Shown piece by piece: positions 9,588 to 19,532 of a DNA stretch of 64,000 nt. The notes under the pieces are model-generated. The model saw only the letters and a program-made list of their open reading frames with translations, did no database searches and was not told the origin of the DNA. The stretch lies in the IMG/VR virus record IMGVR_UViG_3300022591_000002; one strand, written 5' to 3'. The position numbers and the translations under genes were made by a program. Source of the stretch: a virus. Lineage: Duplodnaviria; Caudoviricetes. How positions within the stretch are numbered: position 1 is the stretch's first letter; each line of letters starts with the position of its first letter.

Positions 9588-11648
9588 ATGAACGCTCTAG
9601 AAATTATAGCCCAAGATTTATTCGACAAAGTACGTAGTCGCTTTTCTAACCTGCAAATGGGTGATGAAACTGGCGCCGTTACACTAGACCCTAAAGAAGC
9701 AAGAATGTTTGACTTCGATTTTATTCTAGAGGGTAATAACTTAGGGCGTGTTAGTATCAGTATTAACAATATCGGCAGTTTAAAAGTATTTTACAGCCAA
9801 GGAATTGTAGAAGGCATTGACCATGTGTCAGCAGGACAATGGTATGACTTCTTAAAAGAAATGAGAGGATTTGCTAAACGTAGATTATTACGTTTTGATG
9901 CACGAGACATCAGCAAAGATTTCTTAGACCAAAACGACTTTCAGTTTTTAGCACAAAACGGATCACCACAGGAAAACGCTATGCAAGAATCAAACTACTA
10001 TGGTAGCTCAATGAGCAGTTACCGCAAACTAGAAAACACAAAATTAATTTTGCGCCATTCTAAGGCGGTTGACGAAAATGCAGTTGGTGGCCGTAGCCGC
10101 AACGTCAAAGCAATCTTCATCGAAAATGAAGCAGGCGAGCGTTTTAAATATCCATTCATTCATTTAGCAGGTGCTAAGGCAATGCAACGTCACGTAGCTA
10201 ATGGCGGTAACCCATTTGATGCGGCTGGTAATGCTATCACAACAATGAGCGAACACATTATCAAATTAGGTTCATTCAAACGTCATGTTGGTAATGCTCA
10301 GAACTTAACAACAGAAGCTGTTGGCATTTTAGATCGTGCAAGTGGCAAGTTAACTCAGCTACGTAACACAATGGAAGCTATCAGCAAGCAAAAGAATTAT
10401 GAAGCATGGAGAGAGTCAGTTGATGCTACTCCGTTATCACAAATTGAAGAACTAGATGAAACAACTCTAGCAGATTTTAAATCCAAATTTACAGTTAGCT
10501 CATTTAAAGATGACCTAGCACAATACTTCCCACTATTGAACAGCATCATGCACGAGTCGGGCGAAGTTGATTTAGAAGACTACGTTGGCGAAGGTAAAGA
10601 CGTTTGCACTTGCGATCAAGAAGGTGGCGAAGATGAGTGTCCAGTACACGGCGACTCAGTCGAAGAAAATACAGATCATCTAAAGAATCCAAACACTCCT
10701 GCATACTTACGTAAGAAAGCTGGTTACAAATTAAGCAAAGACGATGTCAAGAACGATGCTAATAAACACAAGTACGATTTCCATAAACGTGCTCACGGTG
10801 AAAAGCATCCAGAAGACACACGTGAAAGTTTCTCAGCATTTGAAGCATGGGCAGATGATTTAGATCCATTTAGTCCTAGCAAGTTAGTACGTGAAGGTGG
10901 AGATCAAAGCCCAGAAGAACGTCAACAATCTATGAAGTATATCATTGATTTAAACAAGGCTGTTAAATCAGGACAAGTACAACCTACTCCAGAACTTAAA
11001 CAAGAGTTTGAACAACAACTAGGTGTTTATGGCTTTGGTATGCGTGATGACGAAATTGATCGTGCATGGCAACGCATTACTGGCGAGAAGGCTACTCCAT
11101 CAGTAGATCCAAAGCTACGCCGTCCAGCTCCTCCAATGGACATGCACGGTGACGATAGCGATGATGAAGTTGATCCAGACGTGAGCAAATACAAAGGTAT
11201 GGCAAAACGTGGTAGCATTGGCACAGATGACTTTGGTGCAGAGCTAGGTGAAGAAGATGGTGAAATGTCTCCAAAGGGTAAACCACCAATCAAAGAAATT
11301 GCCGAAGTAGTTAAGTCAATGTTTGACCCAATTGCAGGTGCGTTCCCAAGAGGCGAAACAGGTGTAAAAACTCATATCGCAGTTAAGTATGGTGACGAAG
11401 CAGGTGACCTTGCAGAAAGACTATGTAGCTATTTGATACAAAAGCACGGCGACAACAAGCAAATGGAAGCTATCCGCAGATTAAGCGGGTTACCTACTCT
11501 ATCAGAAGCTGAAAAGAAGACTATGAGCAAGGCCGCTAAGGGTGTAATGAAGTACGGTAAAAAGGGTATGCAGGCATTAGCCAAGGCTGGTAAAGAAGGC
11601 AAGAGCCTTGATAAAGTCCGCGACAAGTATAACAAGTACAAAGACTAA
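9588..11648 (+). CDS. Large hypothetical protein (conserved N-terminus, mosaic acidic/basic C-terminus)
   Basis: 686-aa ORF preceded by TAAATA motif. Confidence 0.7.
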   Translation: MNALEIIAQDLFDKVRSRFSNLQMGDETGAVTLDPKEARMFDFDFILEGNNLGRVSISINNIGSLKVFYSQGIVEGIDHVSAGQWYDFLKEMRGFAKRRLLRFDARDISKDFLDQNDFQFLAQNGSPQENAMQESNYYGSSMSSYRKLENTKLILRHSKAVDENAVGGRSRNVKAIFIENEAGERFKYPFIHLAGAKAMQRHVANGGNPFDAAGNAITTMSEHIIKLGSFKRHVGNAQNLTTEAVGILDRASGKLTQLRNTMEAISKQKNYEAWRESVDATPLSQIEELDETTLADFKSKFTVSSFKDDLAQYFPLLNSIMHESGEVDLEDYVGEGKDVCTCDQEGGEDECPVHGDSVEENTDHLKNPNTPAYLRKKAGYKLSKDDVKNDANKHKYDFHKRAHGEKHPEDTRESFSAFEAWADDLDPFSPSKLVREGGDQSPEERQQSMKYIIDLNKAVKSGQVQPTPELKQEFEQQLGVYGFGMRDDEIDRAWQRITGEKATPSVDPKLRRPAPPMDMHGDDSDDEVDPDVSKYKGMAKRGSIGTDDFGAELGEEDGEMSPKGKPPIKEIAEVVKSMFDPIAGAFPRGETGVKTHIAVKYGDEAGDLAERLCSYLIQKHGDNKQMEAIRRLSGLPTLSEAEKKTMSKAAKGVMKYGKKGMQALAKAGKEGKSLDKVRDKYNKYKD

Positions 11649-11684
11649 TTGGCTAAAATAACCAGTTTTTCCTGCTGGTAAAAG

Positions 11685-11729
11685 TTGACAGGATAAATAA
11701 AAACGCATACAATTACAGTATGCGTTTTT
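11685..11729 (+). promoter_or_regulatory. sigma70 promoter with nested late motif and 12-bp hairpin upstream of ssb
   Basis: TTGACA 11685-90, 17-bp spacer, TACAAT 11708-13; TAAATA 11694-99; inverted repeat AAAAACGCATAC/GTATGCGTTTTT. Confidence 0.75.
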
Positions 11730-11793
11730 TCTTTAGTGTAGTTGCATTAAAGAATTAGGCAAACAAAGGCATAACAATTAAGGAGAATATATT

Positions 11794-12816
11794 ATGGCAT
11801 CTTTGGCAGAAATCAGAGCAAAACTTCAAGCAAGTTCACAACAAAACACCGGTGGCTCAACAGGTGGTGACAACGCAATTTACCCCCATTGGAACGCCGC
11901 AGAAGGCACAACTACAACAGTTCGCTTCCTTCCAGACGGTGACGCAAACAACACATTTTTCTGGGTTGAACGTGCAATGATCAAACTTCCATTCGCTGGA
12001 ATTAAGGGTGAAACAAACTCAAAACCCGTAACAGTACAAGTACCTTGCATGGAAATGTACGGCGAAACTTGTCCAATTCTAACTGAGGTTCGTCCTTGGT
12101 TCAAAGACAAGAGCTTGGAAGAAATGGGTCGTAAGTATTGGAAAAAGCGTTCATACTTGTTCCAAGGTTTTGTAACAACATCTGAACTTAAAGAAGACAA
12201 AACCCCTGAGAATCCAATTCGTCGATTCATCATCGGTAGTCAAATCCACAACATCATCAAGAACGCATTGATGGACTCAGAAATTGAAGAATTGCCAACC
12301 GACTATGTTCGCGGTCTAGATTTTAAGATCGTTAAAACAAGCAAAGGCGGTTACGCAGATTACTCAACATCAAACTGGGCTCGTCGTGAACGTGCGATCA
12401 GTGCAGATGAACAAGCCGCTATTGATCAATATGGTTTGTTTGATCTTAAGAGCTTCCTTCCTAAGAAGCCAGGTGAAGTTGAACTCAAGGTTATCAAAGA
12501 AATGTTCGAAGCGTCAGTAGACGGCGAAGCATTTGATATGGACCGTTGGGGTCAGTACTTCAAACCAGCTGGTATGGGTGGTAGCGGTCAAGCAACTGGC
12601 TCAGCACCACGTGCGGCAGTAGCTACTCCAGCGCCAGCAGGGGAAGATGATGACGTCCCTTTTGAGAGTGCGGCATCAGCACCCGCAGTTAAAGTTGCTG
12701 AATCAACTCCTGTGGCAGAGAAAACTGCACCAGCGGCTGAATCATCAAGCGGCAGTGAAGCAAGTGCAAGAGCGCAAGACATTCTTGCAATGATCCGTAA
12801 CCGTCAAAAAGCATAA
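11794..12816 (+). CDS. gp32: Single-stranded DNA-binding protein (gp32-like)
   Basis: VRFLPDG, CPILTEVRPWFKD, GRKYWKKRSY, DFKIVKTSKGGYADYSTS; acidic tail. Confidence 0.9.
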   Translation: MASLAEIRAKLQASSQQNTGGSTGGDNAIYPHWNAAEGTTTTVRFLPDGDANNTFFWVERAMIKLPFAGIKGETNSKPVTVQVPCMEMYGETCPILTEVRPWFKDKSLEEMGRKYWKKRSYLFQGFVTTSELKEDKTPENPIRRFIIGSQIHNIIKNALMDSEIEELPTDYVRGLDFKIVKTSKGGYADYSTSNWARRERAISADEQAAIDQYGLFDLKSFLPKKPGEVELKVIKEMFEASVDGEAFDMDRWGQYFKPAGMGGSGQATGSAPRAAVATPAPAGEDDDVPFESAASAPAVKVAESTPVAEKTAPAAESSSGSEASARAQDILAMIRNRQKA

Positions 12817-12831
12817 TTTAGGAGATAGACT

Positions 12832-13896
12832 ATGGGAAAAGCCTTCGATATTTCGAAGTTCCGTAAGTCTATCACTAAGTCGATTGACGGCTTAGGTATA
12901 GGCTTTAATGATCCAACAGATTGGATCTCAACGGGCAATTACGCACTCAATTACCTTATTTCAGGTGACTTCTTCAAAGGAGTTCCACTGGGCAAAGTAA
13001 CGGTATTTGCGGGCGAATCAGGAGCAGGTAAGAGTTATATCTGTTCAGGTAACATTATTAAAGCGGCACAAGAACAAGGTATTTTTGTTGTCTTAGTTGA
13101 CTCAGAAAACGCTTTGGACAAGCAGTGGTTAATTGATTTGGGTGTTGATATTTCAGAAGATAAACTTTTGAAACTTAACATGGCAATGATTGATGACGTG
13201 GCAAAAACCATTTCAGAATTCATGAAAGAATACAAAGCAATGCCAACTGAAGAACGTACAAAGGTCTTGTTTGTAATTGACTCGCTAGGTATGTTGCTTA
13301 CTCCTACTGACGTTAATCAGTTCGAAGCAGGTGAAATGAAAGGTGATATGGGCCGTAAGCCTAAAGCACTTACATCACTAGTTCGTAACTGTGTTAATAT
13401 GTTTGGTAGTTATAATGTAGGTATGGTTTGTACAAATCACACTTACGCATCGCAAGATATGTTTGACCCAGATGACAAGATTTCAGGTGGTCAAGGTTTC
13501 GTTTACGCATCATCAATTGTTGTTGCTATGAAGAAACTTAAACTGAAAACTGATGCAGATGGTAACAAAGTATCTGACGTATTAGGTATCCGTTCAGCAT
13601 GTAAAATCATGAAGACACGTTATGCAAAACCTTTTGAAAGTGTTCAAGTTGAGATTCCATATTCAACTGGTATGAGCCCTACATCCGGTTTGGTTGACAT
13701 GTTCGAGAAAATGGGTGTATTATCTAAAGTCGGGAATAAATTAGCATACACCAGTAAAGAAACTGGTGAGATTGTTGCAGAGTTCCGTAAGAATTGGACT
13801 GAAGATAAACTACACGTTATCATGAACGAGTGGGATGCCAAGGCGGCAGAATCTTTAACTACAACAGAAACTACTACTGAGGATGAAGAAGCATAA
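12832..13896 (+). CDS. uvsX: RecA-like recombinase UvsX
   Basis: Walker A GESGAGKS, VDSENALD, VIDSLGML, SGGQG. Confidence 0.92.
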   Translation: MGKAFDISKFRKSITKSIDGLGIGFNDPTDWISTGNYALNYLISGDFFKGVPLGKVTVFAGESGAGKSYICSGNIIKAAQEQGIFVVLVDSENALDKQWLIDLGVDISEDKLLKLNMAMIDDVAKTISEFMKEYKAMPTEERTKVLFVIDSLGMLLTPTDVNQFEAGEMKGDMGRKPKALTSLVRNCVNMFGSYNVGMVCTNHTYASQDMFDPDDKISGGQGFVYASSIVVAMKKLKLKTDADGNKVSDVLGIRSACKIMKTRYAKPFESVQVEIPYSTGMSPTSGLVDMFEKMGVLSKVGNKLAYTSKETGEIVAEFRKNWTEDKLHVIMNEWDAKAAESLTTTETTTEDEEA

Positions 13897-14147
13897 TGGA
13901 TGAAAATCTAATTATTACACTTTGGGATACTTTTAAAGAGTATATCCCAGAAAAGAATCGTGACATGGCCGCAAATCATTACGTTGATTTTTTGCTAGGT
14001 AACGATATCGATGCAAGTACATTGTCTGGATACATGGGCTACGACCCACATCTTGATGATGCCATCAAAACGGTTGTTGACGAAGAAAGCGGCGATGATG
14101 ACGACTACGACGAAGACAATTCAGGGTACGAAGACGAGGATTATTAA
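13896..14147 (+). CDS. Small acidic hypothetical protein
   Basis: Translationally coupled ORF between uvsX and uvsY. Confidence 0.7.
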   Translation: MDENLIITLWDTFKEYIPEKNRDMAANHYVDFLLGNDIDASTLSGYMGYDPHLDDAIKTVVDEESGDDDDYDEDNSGYEDEDY

Positions 14148-14599
14148 TGTGGTATAGTAAGGTTAGTAGAGATATCTCGCACTTGCCTGACTGTATAGAA
14201 TATTATTATTCTCAGTTAGACGATGCTAGAAAGGAAGTTAAGGTATACGGCAATCTTGAGAAAGCCAGTGCCTCACTTCCTGGCATCGTCGAACAACGTT
14301 TCAATCAACTCCAGGAAATAGAAGCAATCCTGGAGTATTTGAACATAGAATTACGTAGAACACGTAGTAAAGCATTTAAGAAGTATCTGGAAAATTATCA
14401 ACGAGCTTTGAGTAGCAGAGACTGCGAAAAGTATGTTGACGGTGAGGCCGACGTAGTCGATCTAGAGAAAATTGTTAACGAGTTTGCCTTGTTACGCAAT
14501 CAATGGCTAGGGATTATTAAAGGTCTTGATATTAAACAATGGCAAATGAGTAATATTATCAAATTACGAACTGCCGGAATGGAAGATGTACAGATCTAA
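14147..14599 (+). CDS. uvsY: Recombination mediator UvsY
   Basis: Helical protein with YLENYQRALSSRDCEKYVDGE and IKGLDIKQWQ; position next to uvsX. Confidence 0.75.
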   Translation: MWYSKVSRDISHLPDCIEYYYSQLDDARKEVKVYGNLEKASASLPGIVEQRFNQLQEIEAILEYLNIELRRTRSKAFKKYLENYQRALSSRDCEKYVDGEADVVDLEKIVNEFALLRNQWLGIIKGLDIKQWQMSNIIKLRTAGMEDVQI

Positions 14600-15816
14600 T
14601 GTATATAGAAGATTTGATATTGCGAACTGCCGGTCACGGCAAGTGGTTGTTTGAACCAGCCTTCACACTTTCTACTGATTTTGAAAAACGTTTTATCGAA
14701 AGCGTTGCAGAACAGATAGATAGAGGCGAAGCACTGACTGAAAAGCAGGCAAATCTTGCACTCAAGCTACTAGGTAAGGTTGAACCACAACTTGTTGCCT
14801 ACTTCAAAACCAAGACTTGGGATTTATTGAATCCAAGTTTCAAAAAACAATTTAGAACACTACTGCCTGTGTCAAGCATTGAGGTTGACAAGTCAGAAAT
14901 TCCAGGAAAAATTGTTGTACGATTCCCATACCACGAAGCAACCATCAAAGATATCAAAGATTTCAAAAATCAAAACACTGGGTTTAACGCAGATTGGCAT
15001 CCTGACAAAAAAGCATGGATTTTTGCTCTACGTGAAGACTGTATTAAATTTTTACAGACAAAAGTTGTACCGCGTGGTTTTACAACCGACGAAAATTTCA
15101 AGGAATTAGTCGTACAAGTTGAAAATATTGAAAATAACCTAGAAAGTTATTTGCCTATGGTTGTGCTTGAAGAAGGCAAACCAAAATTTATCAATGTTTT
15201 TGACAATGTCCCTCAACCAGCAGGCAATGATATTGTTCACGCATTATTTTTAGCCCGTCAATTTGGCATTACAACCTACAGTGATGAAATTAGTCAGTGG
15301 ATTGAGGGAAATATTGAAAATCCCATCACAAAATCCTTGATCAACGCAACCTACTCAAAACAGGGGTTGTGGGTAGATTCAAAAACTCACACAGTTGACA
15401 CGTTTAAGGACATTGTTGACTACGGACAACCTTTATTGATTGTTGTTCCAGGTGGTAGTGAATACAAGAGTCTTAAAGAATGGCACGAATTTGTAAAATC
15501 TTGTGGAATTGAGGACAAAGACATCAGTGTCATGTTTAGACTGCCAAATGAAGGCAAGGGCGATTTCAATCTCTACGTCAAAGAACATAATTTGAATAAT
15601 GAAATTGCTGGCAATACCAAAGTAGTGTTTGTTAGTGTAAAAATTCCTAAGCCATTAGTGAAGACAAACATCAAATTTAATGCTATAATAAATTTAGGGT
15701 TCTATTTGAATACACATTACACGATGGAGACGTTAATTCGTTCAAGTTCAACGTTATTTTTCTATACAGATACAGAACCAAAGGTGAACAGATACAATAC
15801 ATATGGCTACCGCTAA
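14599..15816 (+). CDS. Hypothetical protein upstream of UvsW
   Basis: 405-aa ORF, coupled to both neighbours. Confidence 0.7.
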   Translation: MYIEDLILRTAGHGKWLFEPAFTLSTDFEKRFIESVAEQIDRGEALTEKQANLALKLLGKVEPQLVAYFKTKTWDLLNPSFKKQFRTLLPVSSIEVDKSEIPGKIVVRFPYHEATIKDIKDFKNQNTGFNADWHPDKKAWIFALREDCIKFLQTKVVPRGFTTDENFKELVVQVENIENNLESYLPMVVLEEGKPKFINVFDNVPQPAGNDIVHALFLARQFGITTYSDEISQWIEGNIENPITKSLINATYSKQGLWVDSKTHTVDTFKDIVDYGQPLLIVVPGGSEYKSLKEWHEFVKSCGIEDKDISVMFRLPNEGKGDFNLYVKEHNLNNEIAGNTKVVFVSVKIPKPLVKTNIKFNAIINLGFYLNTHYTMETLIRSSSTLFFYTDTEPKVNRYNTYGYR

Positions 15817-17263
15817 AATAATAATTAAAGACGAAGTCAACGTAAAGATAGAAGGTCTTGATTTAGACACTAGGAAAGACCTAGTGAAGAAATTTAAGTA
15901 TTTTGACCAAAAAGCACGTTACATGCCTGCCTACAAATTAGGTCGGTGGGATGGGTGTACGGCATTTTTTGGTCTTGGCGGTACTACCTATGTCAGCTTG
16001 TTAGACCGAGTGCTTCCACTTTTAACACAGTGGGGTTACTACATCGAAGTTGAAGATCAACGTCATCCAGTTAGCCTAGAATTCCCCAAGATTTCTGAAG
16101 ATTTTTGGGGTGACACAGTCTGGCCAGAAGGACATCGGTTTGCTGGCGAGAAGATTAGACTACGTGATGACCAAGTTGATGTTGTCAACAAGTTCCTTGA
16201 GAATCCACAATGCATACAAGAAATTGCCACTGGCTTTGGTAAGACAATTACCACCGCAACTTTGGCAAAAATCTGTGAAAAATATGGTCGAACTGTAACC
16301 ATTGTGCCAAACAAGAGTCTAGTTGAACAAACAGAAGAAGACTTTATCAACTGCGGATTAGACGTTGGTGTTTACTACGGCGACAGAAAAGACCTAGACA
16401 AAACACACACAATATGCACTTGGCAAAGTTTGAATATTTTAGATAAAAAAGGCAAAAATGCCGAAGAAAATGCTGAAATTTTAACCGTGGCAGAATTGCT
16501 TGAAAACGTACAAACTGTAATGGTTGACGAAGTTCATATGGCCAAGGCGGAAGTGTTGAAAAATTTATTAACACGCAATCTAGCAAATACTCCAATCCGT
16601 TGGGGACTTACAGGTACCATACCAAAAGAGGATATTGACTTCGAAAATATCCGTGCTAGCCTGGGCGAAGTAGTAAATCGTGTTAAGGCACATGAATTAC
16701 AAGAACAGGGCGTACTAAGTGACTGCCACGTTAATATTGTACAAACACAAGAGTGGAAAGAATTTGAAAGCTACCCTGCAGAATTAAAATACTTGGTAAC
16801 AGATGACACTAGAATGGAGTGGATCGCCAAGTTAATCAACAAAATTTCTGAAGCAGGAAACACACTAGTATTAGTTGATAGAATTGAGTCAGGAAAGTTT
16901 TTAATAAACGAATTACCCGAAGCAGTTTTTATTAGCGGTGCTGTAAAAACTAAAGATAGGAAAGAAGAATATGACGAAATTAAAACTGCTGACAACAAGA
17001 TTATTGTGGCGACTTACGGTGTGGCCGCTGTGGGTATTAATATTCCTAGGATCTTCAATATGGTGCTTCTGGAACCCGGAAAGAGCTTTGTCCGCGTTAT
17101 CCAATCTATTGGACGAGGCATTCGCAAAGCAGACGACAAAGACTTCGTCCAAATCTGGGACATAACTGCAAGTTCCAAATATGCCAAGCGTCACTTAACA
17201 GAACGCAAGAAATATTACAAAGAAGCCAAATACCCATTTACAATTGAAAAGGTGAAATACTAA
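15803..17263 (+). CDS. uvsW: SF2 DNA helicase UvsW
   Basis: ATGFGKT, DEVH, GLTGT, VIQSIGRGIR. Confidence 0.9.
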   Translation: MATAKIIIKDEVNVKIEGLDLDTRKDLVKKFKYFDQKARYMPAYKLGRWDGCTAFFGLGGTTYVSLLDRVLPLLTQWGYYIEVEDQRHPVSLEFPKISEDFWGDTVWPEGHRFAGEKIRLRDDQVDVVNKFLENPQCIQEIATGFGKTITTATLAKICEKYGRTVTIVPNKSLVEQTEEDFINCGLDVGVYYGDRKDLDKTHTICTWQSLNILDKKGKNAEENAEILTVAELLENVQTVMVDEVHMAKAEVLKNLLTRNLANTPIRWGLTGTIPKEDIDFENIRASLGEVVNRVKAHELQEQGVLSDCHVNIVQTQEWKEFESYPAELKYLVTDDTRMEWIAKLINKISEAGNTLVLVDRIESGKFLINELPEAVFISGAVKTKDRKEEYDEIKTADNKIIVATYGVAAVGINIPRIFNMVLLEPGKSFVRVIQSIGRGIRKADDKDFVQIWDITASSKYAKRHLTERKKYYKEAKYPFTIEKVKY

Positions 17264-17767
17264 ATGCAAATACTTACGCTAGATAACAAGACATTCTATT
17301 TGAATGACTTGCCTGAGGAAATCGATGAAGACATGCGATTTGCTGTCATGGATAATAGTGATCCACAAAATCCTGACTATTTTTACCTCCCGCTGGTATT
17401 TTTAGAGTCATTCACAGGACCTGCCGCGGTACTAAAAATTGGTCCACACGAAATTACTATGCCACTCGATTGGTGTTGTATTGTTGGAGATCCAACTGGA
17501 CCAGAGATGGAAGTTCTTCCGTTGACTAGTTTAAATGACAGAGGATTTAAGACATTCTGCTTTAATCCATTAAGTAGTTTTCGACCAGAATTTCATGACA
17601 TTGACATCATCAATGTTTACCAAGATGTCAAGTGGTATTTCCCTAAGATGAAGCCGGGGCAGTTACTTGCTACACCTTTACACGCAGGCGAGAAGCCAAC
17701 GTGTGCTTACTTTGTTAAAGAAGTTAGTCGTCAAAGCGAAATAGTAAATTATACACTTTGCTGGTAA
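17264..17767 (+). CDS. Hypothetical protein with Hint-like motifs
   Basis: CIVGDP and GQLLATPLH segments; see findings. Confidence 0.65.
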   Translation: MQILTLDNKTFYLNDLPEEIDEDMRFAVMDNSDPQNPDYFYLPLVFLESFTGPAAVLKIGPHEITMPLDWCCIVGDPTGPEMEVLPLTSLNDRGFKTFCFNPLSSFRPEFHDIDIINVYQDVKWYFPKMKPGQLLATPLHAGEKPTCAYFVKEVSRQSEIVNYTLCW

Positions 17768-17772
17768 AAAAA

Positions 17773-18057
17773 ATGGGAAATCTTAAGCCAGGCGCAACCT
17801 ACGTATACGAACGACAAGGCGGTACTGTGTATGCTCGTGAGATGGGCGCACCGGCCGCTGATAGATTTCCTATAGGTTGGGATTGGGAACCAGAAAACAA
17901 TCCCTCCAGAGTTAAAGGCGCAAGTCCAGATAGTATTTTGGAAGCACAACTTTGGTATAGAATTAAAGAAGCATCACTTACCAATCCCACTTTACACGAA
18001 GCTATTGAACGTGTTAAACTGTTATATTACTTGAGCAAAGAAAAAGATGGCACTTGA
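17773..18057 (+). CDS. Hypothetical protein
   Basis: ORF from ATG 17773, coupled to the next gene. Confidence 0.65.
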   Translation: MGNLKPGATYVYERQGGTVYAREMGAPAADRFPIGWDWEPENNPSRVKGASPDSILEAQLWYRIKEASLTNPTLHEAIERVKLLYYLSKEKDGT

Positions 18058-18502
18058 TATCAAACGTGAATTGAATGCAGTAGACAAGAAGATCTATGAC
18101 TTCTATGATAAACTAACTCCTGAAGAACAGAAGGAGTTTAGCCCCTATGTATTGATGCGATACGTTGCTAACGTTCAAGGAGATCCAGATATTCAAGCAT
18201 GGTTCTTAGAAATGACCAATGAGTTAATTAACAAGAATCATTGGGACCTCAGTAAGAATCACAAGGCATTGTTGTGGAAACTGTTTGCGGCATGTGGTGC
18301 AGGAGTGCCATGTTATCATCCTTATCTTAAAGCAGGATCAAAAGAAAAAGCAGTTAAGATTGAAAAGTTATTGGCAGAATTATATCCAGCATACAAGCTA
18401 GAAGATATTAAAATGATGGCCAAGATGATGACAAAAGAAGACAAGAACGAACTATTTGATAAGATGGGCTTTGACAAAAAGCAACGGAAAGAATACGAGT
18501 GA
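18047..18502 (+). CDS. Putative clamp-loader small subunit (gp62-like)
   Basis: FSPYVLMRY...EMTNELIN pattern resembles gp62; replication context. Confidence 0.45.
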   Translation: MALDIKRELNAVDKKIYDFYDKLTPEEQKEFSPYVLMRYVANVQGDPDIQAWFLEMTNELINKNHWDLSKNHKALLWKLFAACGAGVPCYHPYLKAGSKEKAVKIEKLLAELYPAYKLEDIKMMAKMMTKEDKNELFDKMGFDKKQRKEYE

Positions 18503-19194
18503 TGCAATTAGCTGACCAGCCTTTTGTTTGTACACATTGTGGTAAAAGATTCATGCAGGAAAAAACTCTGTATGCCCACATGTGCGAGCCTAAGCGTAGG
18601 TTTATGCAACGAGATGAAAAACGAGTACAGGCAGGCTTCTTTGCGTTCAACAGATATTACAGACTAGTACAAGGTGCAAAGAAAGACAAAACATATGAAG
18701 AGTTCTGTAAGAGTGCTTACTACAACGCTTTCGTTAAATTTGGCAGTTTTGTCAACAATGTTAATCCCCTATATGCTGATAAGTTTATTGATTACGTTAT
18801 TAAGAGCGGAGTAAAACTTGACCATTGGTGTAGAGATGAATTGTATGAAACATATCTATACGAGATGCTTAAGGTTGAACCTGTTGAAAGTGCAATACAA
18901 CGAGCATTAACAACAATGATGGATTGGGGTGAAGCAACAGACGCTCGATGGAACCATTATTTTAGATACGCTAGTCAAAGTAGAATTGTACAAAATATAC
19001 GTGATGGCAAAATTAGTCCTTGGATATTCTTAAACTGTGAATCCGGTAAGGAACTTCTTACAAGTTTAAATCAGGATCAAATGGAACTTATTACAAGTGC
19101 CATTGACTTGCAGTGGTGGGTAGGACATATTAAGAAATTCAAAGCAGATGCAAATGTAGTCAAGGAAGTTTGTAGGGAAGCAGATATACCATGA
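18499..19194 (+). CDS. Zinc-finger (CxxC..H..C) hypothetical protein
   Basis: CTHCGKRFMQEKTLYAHMC at N-terminus. Confidence 0.65.
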   Translation: MMQLADQPFVCTHCGKRFMQEKTLYAHMCEPKRRFMQRDEKRVQAGFFAFNRYYRLVQGAKKDKTYEEFCKSAYYNAFVKFGSFVNNVNPLYADKFIDYVIKSGVKLDHWCRDELYETYLYEMLKVEPVESAIQRALTTMMDWGEATDARWNHYFRYASQSRIVQNIRDGKISPWIFLNCESGKELLTSLNQDQMELITSAIDLQWWVGHIKKFKADANVVKEVCREADIP

Positions 19195-19532
19195 GTAAGC
19201 CACTTCCATATTCAAACGCTCTTGCAAATTTTTGTAAAGCATTTGAAGCTATTCCTGAGCCTAGCCAAAGAAGATTTCGTAGAATGGTCAGTAGTCCAAT
19301 TAATTGGGAACAAGATTCGAGCATTCCATACGGGTCTGCAAAATATGAAGAAGTCGAAGCCGTAGCAATACATATTCCAATTTATAAGTTAGATGAATTT
19401 GTAAATTCTATTCCAGAACAACATTATAAAGAAATGGAGATACGTATGCGTGTACCAGCAGTTAAGCTAGCATATGAGCGTTATCAAATGTTGTTAAAGA
19501 TGTGTGGTGGAGATTACGATGCCGGATATTGA
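19191..19532 (+). CDS. Hypothetical protein
   Basis: Coupled ORF in replication operon. Confidence 0.6.
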   Translation: MSKPLPYSNALANFCKAFEAIPEPSQRRFRRMVSSPINWEQDSSIPYGSAKYEEVEAVAIHIPIYKLDEFVNSIPEQHYKEMEIRMRVPAVKLAYERYQMLLKMCGGDYDAGY

